Shown: positions 1 to 7,486, numbered from the stretch's first letter. The stretch: DNA of 11,710 nt from Elusimicrobiota bacterium (GCA_051745145.1 JBNJDT010000045.1:1-11710), one strand, 5' to 3'. The notes: a model not told the origin generated them from the letters alone. Numbers and translations: made by a program.

Positions 1-3
1 TTT

Positions 4-53
4 AATAAGTAAATTTCTAAAACAAAAAATTTTATCCAAATTATTTACTTATT
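4..53. repeat. 11-bp perfect inverted repeat downstream of csp (possible terminator or 3' hairpin)
   Basis: AATAAGTAAAT (4-14) and ATTTACTTATT (43-53). The stem extends inward with G-U pairs on the minus strand. It is AT-rich, so function is uncertain. Confidence 0.4.
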
Positions 54-168
54 TAACTCTATTTAACAGAACACCCAATTAAATTTTACATAAATACACT
101 ACCCCTTAACATGTTAATTAAATTACATTTAAATTATTAGTTATTGAGGATAGTTTTTTACTTACTGC

Positions 169-360
169 TTACAGTTTATTTACACTTACTGCTTTTAAAC
201 CTTTCTCTCCGTCAACCGATTCAAATTCTACCTGATCTCCTTCACTTAGCGAACCAAATTCAATATCACTTACATGTACGAAATGATCATCACTACCGTC
301 TTCGGGTTCTATAAATCCAAAATTCTTTCTGTCGTTAAAAAACTTTACTGTACCTTTCAC
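169..360 (-). CDS. cspA: Cold-shock protein (CSD family), 63 aa
   Basis: GTVKFFN start, RNP1-like NFGFI, RNP2-like HFVH and GDQVEF...GEKG. GTG start with AGGAG (370-374) 9 nt upstream. The paralog letter cannot be resolved from sequence. Confidence 0.95.
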   Translation of the reverse strand: MKGTVKFFNDRKNFGFIEPEDGSDDHFVHVSDIEFGSLSEGDQVEFESVDGEKGLKAVSVNKL

Positions 361-508
361 TTTACTACTCTCCTTTAATTTTAATTGGAAGAAATTTAAA
401 ACTCTTCCTTATTACTATTGAGTAACTAATTGATTACCTTTTACCAATTATAATTACTCACTCTCCTATTGAAATTCACTTTAAACTAATTGAATTAATG
501 AATTCCGT
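361..508 (-). promoter_or_regulatory. Structured 5' leader of the csp gene (possible thermosensor)
   Basis: Inverted repeats at 420-459 (GAGTAA..TAATTGGT / ATCAATTA..TTACTC on the minus strand) and 387-408 (GGAAGA / TCTTCC). Long structured leaders are typical of cspA genes. Confidence 0.5.
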
Positions 509-514
509 GGTTTA

Positions 515-544
515 AGTATACGTTAATTTAGGAGTAAATGTCAA
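515..544 (-). promoter_or_regulatory. Sigma70-type promoter of the csp gene
   Basis: Minus strand TTGACA (544-539), 18-nt spacer, TATACT (520-515). This implies a start site near 508 and a ~150-nt 5' UTR. Confidence 0.7.
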
Positions 545-633
545 GTTTTCTTTTAAAAATCAAAATATTATTTTAACATGAGAGGAAAATGCATTATATG
601 AGAGCCCGAAAAAATTTGCAACCTTTCAAATAT

Positions 634-662
634 TAGACATTAAAGGTGAAATTTAATATATT
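634..662 (+). promoter_or_regulatory. Putative sigma70 promoter for the 715..1617 gene
   Basis: TAGACA (634-639), 17-nt spacer, TATATT (657-662). The AT-rich context lowers specificity. Confidence 0.4.
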
Positions 663-714
663 GTAATAATGAATTTGTTATATTTTTATATTTTAAAATA
701 GGAGGAAAACTCTA

Positions 715-1617
715 ATGAAAAAATTAACATTTTTAATTGTAACTATAAGTTTGCTGTTTCTTAAACCTGCTATTGCAAGCAATTACGTATTAAATATCGA
801 TGGTGCCCGGGTAACTGTCGATAAAGGCACCCGAGATGGCATTAAAGAAGGTAACAGCGTAAAAGTATACAGGATAAACAAGACAACTCACCCAAAAACC
901 GGCCGAAAGATAGAAAGCAGGGTTCTCATTGAACGCCACGCCCGGGTCCTGTCTGCTGATAAAGATACCTCGGTAATTTTATTACCTGACTCTCAAATTT
1001 CTACCGGCATGACAATTGAACTTGAACAAAAAAAGACCTTTACCGGCTCAGATAATAATCTAAATGCACTTATAATGCAGGGAGAATATATCTCATTTTC
1101 AGGTGAGAATACGATAAAATCCGGACGGGTAGGATATAGGTATTTTTTTGATGCAGCCGGAATTGAAATGGGCGGGGGGGGTATTGAAAATAATATTAAA
1201 AATGAAACTGAGCAATATTATTACGGTTACCTGGGACCGGGAATATCAATTGAATCTTTTTCAATGACTGCCAGTTTACTTGCCGGAGTAGACGGCGATG
1301 GAACTGAATTTGGGTATGGCGCTAATATGCAATTTTCCGATGCTAACACACCGACACTTGTAGCTCTTTATAATTATTATCCACCACTTGGCTCTTATGC
1401 CTCTTTTGAAATAGGCGTACCGGTAAGCAATACTTTTAAAACTATACTTAAAACTTCCTGGACTGACATAAATGAGAATAACGGCGCAATTGTCTTTAAA
1501 GGTGGGCTGGGCTTATCTACCGGTAATATAGATATTAAACCCCTCGTCGGTGTGGGTGTTGAAGATTCCGATAAAATAGGTCTTGCAGCTGATTTAACTG
1601 TGGGATTTCCCTTCTGA
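715..1617 (+). CDS. Putative outer-membrane protein: Sec signal, FlgT C-terminal-like domain, C-terminal beta-barrel
   Basis: AGGAGG RBS at 700-705. Signal peptide MKK-hydrophobic-AIA. The motif VTVDKGTRDGIKEG..VKVYR..HPKTG resembles the FlgT_C-type domain. The last ~185 aa are alternating Gly/aromatic strands ending in a terminal Phe (LTVGFPF). Confidence 0.7.
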   Translation: MKKLTFLIVTISLLFLKPAIASNYVLNIDGARVTVDKGTRDGIKEGNSVKVYRINKTTHPKTGRKIESRVLIERHARVLSADKDTSVILLPDSQISTGMTIELEQKKTFTGSDNNLNALIMQGEYISFSGENTIKSGRVGYRYFFDAAGIEMGGGGIENNIKNETEQYYYGYLGPGISIESFSMTASLLAGVDGDGTEFGYGANMQFSDANTPTLVALYNYYPPLGSYASFEIGVPVSNTFKTILKTSWTDINENNGAIVFKGGLGLSTGNIDIKPLVGVGVEDSDKIGLAADLTVGFPF

Positions 1618-1624
1618 TTAAAAT

Positions 1625-1798
1625 TTAATTATTAGCAGCATCTCCCGTAAAAGCCCTGATAAAGGATACCAGGCCCTGTATTAAAAATATTCCGGCCACC
1701 CAGTAATATAAAAACTGAGGTCTTATCAGTATAAGAAATCCAACTGTTATATATGCAATTCCGCTAAATAAAAAACTTATTTTTTCGGATAAATTCAT
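1625..1798 (-). CDS. Small two-TM membrane protein, 57 aa, DUF3096-like (not in the ORF track)
   Basis: Hand translation: MNLSEKISFLFSGIAYITVGFLILIRPQFLYYWVAGIFLIQGLVSFIRAFTGDAANN. GAGGAG RBS (1807-1812) lies 8 nt before the ATG. 17/46 ungapped identities to the C-terminus of the upstream 234-aa protein. Confidence 0.85.
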   Translation of the reverse strand: MNLSEKISFLFSGIAYITVGFLILIRPQFLYYWVAGIFLIQGLVSFIRAFTGDAANN

Positions 1799-1803
1799 TT
1801 AAT

Positions 1804-2508
1804 CTACTCCTCGCTGGCTGTTAAAAATTCAACTAAATAATTTAAGCCCTGTATTATAAATACAATGGAAACCCAGTACCTTAACGACCGGGGCCAGTTA
1901 AAAACCACATACGCTATTAAAACGTAAAGTATACCGGTAAAAATAAGACTTGTCTTTTGGGCTCTTCCGGTACTTTTACTTATTTTATTAGCTATTTTTA
2001 GAAAAGAATTGTGTTTCATTACCGTATTATATATTAATGAATTAGAATAGGTACCGGTAAAATTATCTTTTACATTTTCCCAGAACCCGTGAAAAAAGAC
2101 TATATTCAGAAAGATACCGGCCAAAAACAGGCTCAAAAGATAGGAAAGACTGCTGTAATAATCCCCCCATGTAAGCAGAAGCCCTATCTCGTCAAAAAAC
2201 AGCCCCAGCCCCAGGCCGTACATAATGGCCAGTGCCTTTCTGGAAAAATCTTCGCTCCCAGCTATGGCAAACCAGCCCGCCACACAGATAAGAATTACAC
2301 CAAAATAAAAATGGTGAATATGGTACCCAAAGAGTATTATATTGCGCCCTATATGAAAAGAGACATCGGGCATCTGGCTAATTTTTGCCGCCCGGGCAAA
2401 CTCAGTGTGCGCAGAACCGGCTAAAAAAACCGCCAGTCTTATTCCCAGAAACCCAAGTAAATAGGAGAGAGCTATAACAAACGGTATCTCTTTTTTTTCT
2501 TTAATCAT
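1804..2508 (-). CDS. Multi-pass membrane protein with an HIHH motif and a C-terminal DUF3096-like hairpin; function unknown
   Basis: About 6 hydrophobic segments; GYHIHHFYFG and GLGLFFDE motifs. Tight spacing to neighbours (11 nt upstream, 5 nt downstream). Confidence 0.8.
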   Translation of the reverse strand: MIKEKKEIPFVIALSYLLGFLGIRLAVFLAGSAHTEFARAAKISQMPDVSFHIGRNIILFGYHIHHFYFGVILICVAGWFAIAGSEDFSRKALAIMYGLGLGLFFDEIGLLLTWGDYYSSLSYLLSLFLAGIFLNIVFFHGFWENVKDNFTGTYSNSLIYNTVMKHNSFLKIANKISKSTGRAQKTSLIFTGILYVLIAYVVFNWPRSLRYWVSIVFIIQGLNYLVEFLTASEE

Positions 2509-2519
2509 AATTTAAAAAT

Positions 2520-2891
2520 TCAAATTCTTTCCGCACCCCACCATATTAATATACTTATTGAGATAAAAGCGTCCATATATATGTAGGGTTTAAACCCCAG
2601 ACTTATAATATTTTTTTTGATTAATACAAAACCGGCCAAAGACAATACTAATAAAAGGTAAGCCTGCAGTACCCCGGTAAAAACTCCTACTAATATCAAA
2701 ATAATATAAAGAAAACCGAACACCGAATGCATTAATATTATATAAGTTATACTTGAGGACTGCTTTAGTATCTCAAGCGCATTTTCTTTTTGGGATCTGG
2801 AAATTTTATAAAAATATACGATCTGGTCATTATAAACCACAGTAAATAATTCTGCTATTATCCCCAGAGCTATCAACGTAAGTAAATTCAT
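2520..2891 (-). CDS. Hypothetical membrane protein, 123 aa (about 4 TM)
   Basis: Hydrophobic ORF, co-oriented and 11 nt upstream of the next gene. No family recognised. Confidence 0.7.
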   Translation of the reverse strand: MNLLTLIALGIIAELFTVVYNDQIVYFYKISRSQKENALEILKQSSSITYIILMHSVFGFLYIILILVGVFTGVLQAYLLLVLSLAGFVLIKKNIISLGFKPYIYMDAFISISILIWWGAERI

Positions 2892-3050
2892 ATTAAAGCT
2901 GCCTTCTTATTTTTTAGTTTCTGCTAAATACTATTCTTATTTAAACCTTTCATTATTATAATAGCTGTAACAGGTATTAAAATCAAACATTTAATGATTA
3001 ATTTAATATCTATTCGCCTTAACAGTTTGTTCTCTCAAAAATAAAATATA

Positions 3051-3287
3051 AAAAAATTACTTTGTAGGTTGCCGGAAGGACCGCAGTTCCTACTTCTGTA
3101 TATTTTTAAACACCTTTTTTGGTCAGCAATTATTATACGAATTGTAGTAGGAATGAGATGCAGTATCTGAGGCGGTGTCATAGCTGGAGAGATATCCACA
3201 ATAATTTCTAATATGGTAGAAGGAACTCCGCTGGTAGGAAGCCTATTGTGTATTCCACCTAATATTATATATTTTCAAGAATTTTAA
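3051..3287 (+). pseudogene. Remnant of a membrane protein resembling an ECF transporter S component
   Basis: The frame reads ..SAIIIRIVVGMRCSI*GGVIAGEISTIISNMVEGTPLVGSLLCIPPNII.., with an internal TGA at 3168-3170 and no good start. It resembles the S-component pattern G..FG.WGG.IAG.IG..I.D and abuts an ECF ATPase fragment. Confidence 0.45.
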
Positions 3288-3289
3288 AC

Positions 3290-3688
3290 TTGATCCCCGC
3301 CTTAAGCATCTCTAAAGGCATGAGGCAGCGGGTAGCTATTGCTTCTATCCTGGCAATGCAGCCGGATACTATTATAGTAGATGAGCCAACCACCGGGCAG
3401 GACCACAAACAATCTATAGCGGTAATGGAATTTCTAAAAAATCTCAACAGGAAAAAGAATAACACTATAATAATAATAACCCACGATATGTATATTGTGG
3501 CAGGGTACGCAAAAAGAACCCTGCTTTTCAAAGATGGAGAAAACCTTTTAGACGGGGATACAAGAGAACTCTTTAAAAAGGAGGATATATTAAAAAAAGC
3601 CAGAGTAAAACCTCCGGCGGTAAATGAATTTTCAAAACAGGCTTTAAATAAAAATATTTTAACTCTAGGTGAACTTTTGAGTTTTTAA
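3290..3688 (+). pseudogene. N-terminally truncated ECF-type ABC ATPase (EcfA/CbiO-like, C-terminal half only)
   Basis: Signature ISKGMRQR, Walker B IIVDEPTTGQD and H-loop IITHD are present. Walker A and Q-loop are absent, there is an in-frame stop at 3260-3262, and the TTG has no RBS. Confidence 0.8.
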
Positions 3689-3699
3689 AATAAAACCTG

Positions 3700-4404
3700 T
3701 TACTTGAGTTTTTTCTTCAGTTCTTTCGCTCTCTTTTTTCTTTTCTCTTTAGAATTTCTATCTGAATCTTGTGATTCTTTATTCTCTTTTACTGCTTTTT
3801 TAATATTTTCTTTAATATTATCCAGTTTAAAATTATTTTTGAGTTTTTCTACCTGTTCTTCGTTAAAAACCAGTGCTGGAAATTTATAAAACTTCCGGTA
3901 CGACCAACCGGCTTTCTTAAAAAAATTTATATTTAAAAATTTTCCTTCGGTAGTTACAATATAATAAGCCATTAATTTTCCGGGTTCTTTCCTATCCTTA
4001 TCGTATTTTGAATACTCCAGATTTACTCTCAAATCAGCAATCTCTTTTTTCAATTCGACTTTTTCATCGCCAACTATTTCACTCCATTCCTGATACTTAC
4101 TGATTATATTCAGAAATTCTTTCCTGCTATTATCGTTAAAGTAAACTCTTTCCTTGGAATAAACTCCGGAAAAATCACTTTCTATGACTATCTCATTTAT
4201 CCGGGGGTAACAAAAAAAATCCAGTTTTTTTTCGTCCACCAAATTTTCTTTTATTTTAGCGGTTACCGTTATACTATCATATTTAAAAGGGTCTATTTCT
4301 CCCCACCGATTTTGGTCTGTAACTTTTACTTTACCGGTACTTCTTATTATACCGCATGCCGATATAAAACTAACCAGTAAAACAACAAAGAATTTATTTT
4401 TCAT
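3700..4404 (-). CDS. Putative lipoprotein of unknown function, 234 aa
   Basis: MKNK, a hydrophobic stretch and lipobox ISA-C17. AGGAG at 4416-4420. Lys-rich, charged C-terminal tail. Confidence 0.8.
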   Translation of the reverse strand: MKNKFFVVLLVSFISACGIIRSTGKVKVTDQNRWGEIDPFKYDSITVTAKIKENLVDEKKLDFFCYPRINEIVIESDFSGVYSKERVYFNDNSRKEFLNIISKYQEWSEIVGDEKVELKKEIADLRVNLEYSKYDKDRKEPGKLMAYYIVTTEGKFLNINFFKKAGWSYRKFYKFPALVFNEEQVEKLKNNFKLDNIKENIKKAVKENKESQDSDRNSKEKRKKRAKELKKKLK

Positions 4405-4627
4405 ATTAACAGATACTCCTGAAAAACTCTTTCAAACTTCTACTTTTAATTGGCATTAGCACTTAAGCAACTATTTATTGCTACTTTATATTGTAAATTA
4501 AAATAGATAATCAATCAAGTTAATTTAACAATTATTAAATTTTTCTTTTGACTTCAATATACTTTTAACTAAATTTATCTTGAATAAAGTATTAAACTGT
4601 ATTATTATTATAATGAGAGGATTTAAA

Positions 4628-5182
4628 ATGTCACTTTTTAACTATACTCCAAGTTTTATTGCAAAAGAAAAAAATAATCACATTGGATTATTTTACGACT
4701 CTCCTAAAGAACAGTCCAACATAATTTCCAATTTTATAAAACAGGGATTAGAAAAAAACTATAAATGTATATATATAACTTCCCGGGATAATAAGAAAAA
4801 TATTTTATCTTCACTTGATACACTGGGAGTAAAAACTCAAAATTTTCAAGATAAAGGTCAGCTCAATTTTAACCGGGTAAAAGATACTTACCTTCGGGGG
4901 GGCACTTTTAATATTCAAAATATGATTAATATTATTAATACCTCTTTTTTCCAGGCAAAAAAAGAGGGGTATTATGGTCTGAGGGGACTTGCTGAAATGA
5001 ACTGGGCTATTGAAAAAAATATTGCCTTATATAAATTAAAAAGGTATGAAAATACTGTGAATGAAGTCTTAAAAGATAAAGAAATATCTTTACTCTGTCA
5101 GTACGAATTTAAAAAATTTCCCGCGGAATTTATAAAAAATATGATTTTTATTCATCCCTATGTACTTCATACTCAGATGTAA
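4628..5182 (+). CDS. Stand-alone MEDS (DcmR-type sensory) domain protein
   Basis: HIGLFYD, FIKQGL..CIYI, GQL, GYYGLRGLAEMNWA, YE..VN, LLCQY..F and terminal HP match the MEDS pattern. The start is moved from TTG 4580 to ATG 4628 because GAGAGG (4615-4620) precedes it by 7 nt. Confidence 0.85.
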   Translation: MSLFNYTPSFIAKEKNNHIGLFYDSPKEQSNIISNFIKQGLEKNYKCIYITSRDNKKNILSSLDTLGVKTQNFQDKGQLNFNRVKDTYLRGGTFNIQNMINIINTSFFQAKKEGYYGLRGLAEMNWAIEKNIALYKLKRYENTVNEVLKDKEISLLCQYEFKKFPAEFIKNMIFIHPYVLHTQM

Positions 5183-5209
5183 TTAATTTAAAATATAAAA
5201 TTTATTCGA

Positions 5210-6295
5210 TTACTGGTAATCTGTGATAAACTGAAGTAGTTTGTTTTCATCGGAAAGAATTAAAGTCAGTTTTTCGTCAAAGGACTCATCGTAAGACTCC
5301 AGGGAACGATAGAAACGGTAAAAATCCTTGTCACTGGAATGAGCATTACCCACGATCTGAATTTCCTGACCCCGGGCATCCCCTAAAATTTTTCGTTTCT
5401 CCTCTTCAACTTCCCCCAAAATTTTCTGTTTTGTCTCTTCCCCCTCTGCCCGGTAGCGGTTGGCTATACGCTGACGTTCGGCAGTCATCCTTTTAAAAAC
5501 TCCTTCCTGTACTTCTTCGGTATAATTCAACTCTGTAATCATAACATCCATTAACCATATACCAAAGCGATTCTTTAGAGTTTCGGCCGCTTTCTTTTGA
5601 ACCTGTTCTATTACATGCATCCTGCCGTATCTTAACTCGTCCATATTCTCTAAGTCTTCTTCAATGGATACATCCTCTTCATCGCTTTTCATAAGTTCCT
5701 GAACTTCAGCTTCCAGGGTCAAGTTTTTATTACGGACGGTTTCTATAAGTAAACTTACCGTAATCATATCTTCTAATTCTTTCATAATAACTTCATCCAA
5801 CCGGCCCTGGGCATGTAGCTCCGTAGTACCTACGGATTCGTAAAATTTAACCGGATCGAGAATTTTCCACCGCGAGGAACTATCCAAAAGCAGGGTCCGT
5901 AAATCTTTGGTAGCCATTTCATTGCGCTGGCCGTCCCAGTCAAGAATACGGCTGTCAAAAGTATGTACTTTCTCAATTGGTCGGGGTAATTTAAAATAAA
6001 TTCCTGCTCCCACGCTTAATTTTATATCGGAATGTTCTCCTCTGCTTCCATAGCGCTCTTGCATGTAGTCTATCTGGTCAAAGCGGGTAAAATTATCCGG
6101 TACTTTAGCCTCCTCCCTGGTCTCCGGAGCTTTATAGTAACCGGTCACTATTGCATGTTTAACATCTCCAAACCTGGTAACTACAGCACTGTGAGTTTCA
6201 GGTACAATAATCACAACCCCGAACATTCCGGCAAGAATACCCAGAGCCAGCGCAGCTAGTATAATTCCCAGAAAAAATTTAGTAATTTTACTCAT
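5210..6295 (-). CDS. hflC: FtsH modulator HflC (SPFH/band 7 family)
   Basis: N-terminal TM; TRFG, GIYFKLP, FDSRILDWDG, WKILDPVKFY, RMTAERQRIA..RAEG and DFYRFYRSLESY motifs. Overlaps the hflK end by 8 nt. Confidence 0.93.
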   Translation of the reverse strand: MSKITKFFLGIILAALALGILAGMFGVVIIVPETHSAVVTRFGDVKHAIVTGYYKAPETREEAKVPDNFTRFDQIDYMQERYGSRGEHSDIKLSVGAGIYFKLPRPIEKVHTFDSRILDWDGQRNEMATKDLRTLLLDSSSRWKILDPVKFYESVGTTELHAQGRLDEVIMKELEDMITVSLLIETVRNKNLTLEAEVQELMKSDEEDVSIEEDLENMDELRYGRMHVIEQVQKKAAETLKNRFGIWLMDVMITELNYTEEVQEGVFKRMTAERQRIANRYRAEGEETKQKILGEVEEEKRKILGDARGQEIQIVGNAHSSDKDFYRFYRSLESYDESFDEKLTLILSDENKLLQFITDYQ

Positions 6296-7253
6296 TTACC
6301 GGCCCCCTCCCATTTTCTAAATCCATATGGGGGAGAATAGATTTAACTTCATCATCCACTATGTAAATACGGTCTGTGCGTTTCATAACTTCCTGCATCT
6401 GCTCTAAAAACATTCTTGTCCGGGTTACTTCCGGAAACTGTTTGTATTCCTGAAGGACTTCCCTGAAACGGGCCGCATCCCCCCGGGCTTCGGCAACAAT
6501 ACGTTCTGCTTCCCCCCTGGCTTCGGGTATAACTTTTTCCTGAACAGCTTCGGCCTCCAGCCGCAGGCGTTCGCGATCCTGCCTGGCGCTGTCAACTTCT
6601 TTAAAAGCGGGAGCTACAGGTTCAGGCGGTTCGGTCTGCTGAATTAAGAGATCTTCTATTACAATCCCGGAATTATACTTATCCATTATAGTCTGAAGTT
6701 CCCGGTGAGCGGACCGGGCAATTTCCACCCGGGCAACGGTAATTACATCAGTAGCTACAAAATCTCCCACTATTCGTCGGACTGCCTCTTCACTTGCATC
6801 CCGGATTAACCTTTCCTCATTTTGAACGTTAAAGACATAATTTCTGGGTTCGGAGCGGCGGTACTGGACAACCCATTCCACCCGGGCAACCCCCAGATCT
6901 CCGGTTAACATAAAAGCTTCCTTTTCAAAACCGCGCCGCTGACGTTCTGAACGAACATCTGCTTCCCTGGTTCTAAAACCGAACTCTTTTTCAAAAACCT
7001 GAAGAGTATTTATTACATATACCCGTTCAATAGGATCCGGGAATTTAATTTGAAGACCGGGACCGACCATCCGGTCATAGGCTCCCAGTCGAGTGACTAC
7101 GCCCTGTTCATTTCTATCTACGGTATACAGCATAGAATTAAGCAGTAAAAAAGCCAGAAAAACTATCCCCAGTATTATAGCGGTAAAAGGTTTACCCTTC
7201 ATCCACCGCTTTATTTTTCCGGGAACATCTTCAATTATTATCTCTTCATTCAT
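6288..7253 (-). CDS. hflK: FtsH modulator HflK (SPFH/band 7 family)
   Basis: N-terminal TM; GVVTRLG, PGL..KFPDPIE, MLTGD, VEWVVQY, PPEPVAPAF.EV..ARQD, IPEARGEA and PEVTRTRMFLE motifs. Confidence 0.95.
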   Translation of the reverse strand: MNEEIIIEDVPGKIKRWMKGKPFTAIILGIVFLAFLLLNSMLYTVDRNEQGVVTRLGAYDRMVGPGLQIKFPDPIERVYVINTLQVFEKEFGFRTREADVRSERQRRGFEKEAFMLTGDLGVARVEWVVQYRRSEPRNYVFNVQNEERLIRDASEEAVRRIVGDFVATDVITVARVEIARSAHRELQTIMDKYNSGIVIEDLLIQQTEPPEPVAPAFKEVDSARQDRERLRLEAEAVQEKVIPEARGEAERIVAEARGDAARFREVLQEYKQFPEVTRTRMFLEQMQEVMKRTDRIYIVDDEVKSILPHMDLENGRGPVNE

Positions 7254-7457
7254 AGTTCTTTATTTTATGTTCTCTCATAGTAAATTTACGTTAACAAATA
7301 AGCAGAATAATTGCAAAATTTATTTTACTCTTTGCTGAACAAGAAAATAACTCAATACTTTTTCACAAAACCGGGCTAATGTTAAATCGGCGAAGATTCC
7401 CGATTATTTATCCTTACAAAAACGCTGGTGGTACAATAAATATTTAATTATGATAAC

Positions 7458-7486
7458 TTGACACTTTTACCGGTTGCTAATAAAAT
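7458..7486 (+). promoter_or_regulatory. Sigma70-type promoter of the ZIP transporter
   Basis: TTGACA (7458-7463), 17-nt spacer, TAAAAT (7481-7486), about 45 nt before the ATG. Confidence 0.7.

Noticed and set aside
41..134. Short AT-rich direct repeats (TATTTA x3) and the palindrome TTAACATGTTAA (106-117) as CRISPR, iterons or an operator
   Set aside because: Too short and irregular, and expected by chance in such AT-rich intergenic DNA. There is no repeat-spacer periodicity anywhere in the window.
1174..1181. G8 tract in the outer-membrane protein gene as a phase-variation switch
   Set aside because: It is short and encodes a Gly run. Similar G7 runs occur in the MEDS and Omp85 genes, and the frame is intact.
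2089..2424. 111-aa plus-strand ORF
   Set aside because: Antisense shadow lying entirely within the 234-aa membrane gene; no RBS or motif.
3168..3170. In-frame TGA as Trp/Gly recoding or selenocysteine
   Set aside because: TGA terminates other genes here (the OMP ends Phe-TGA at 1617; the 123-aa gene also ends in TGA), Trp is encoded by TGG throughout, and the surrounding frame lacks a start. A nonsense mutation is the simpler explanation.
3265..3531. 88-aa minus-strand ORF
   Set aside because: Typical antisense reading of an ABC ATPase (VVGSSTII mirrors IIVDEPTT).
3704..3889. 61-aa Phe/Ser/Leu-rich ORF
   Set aside because: Reverse complement of the Lys/Glu-rich lipoprotein tail.
4580..4627. 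TTG start giving a 200-aa MEDS protein
   Set aside because: No RBS. The extension overlaps a promoter-like TTGAAT-N17-TATTAT, and ATG 4628 has a good SD.
6032..7338. Plus-strand ORFs 6032..6259 and 7093..7338
   Set aside because: Antisense to hflC and hflK; no independent support.
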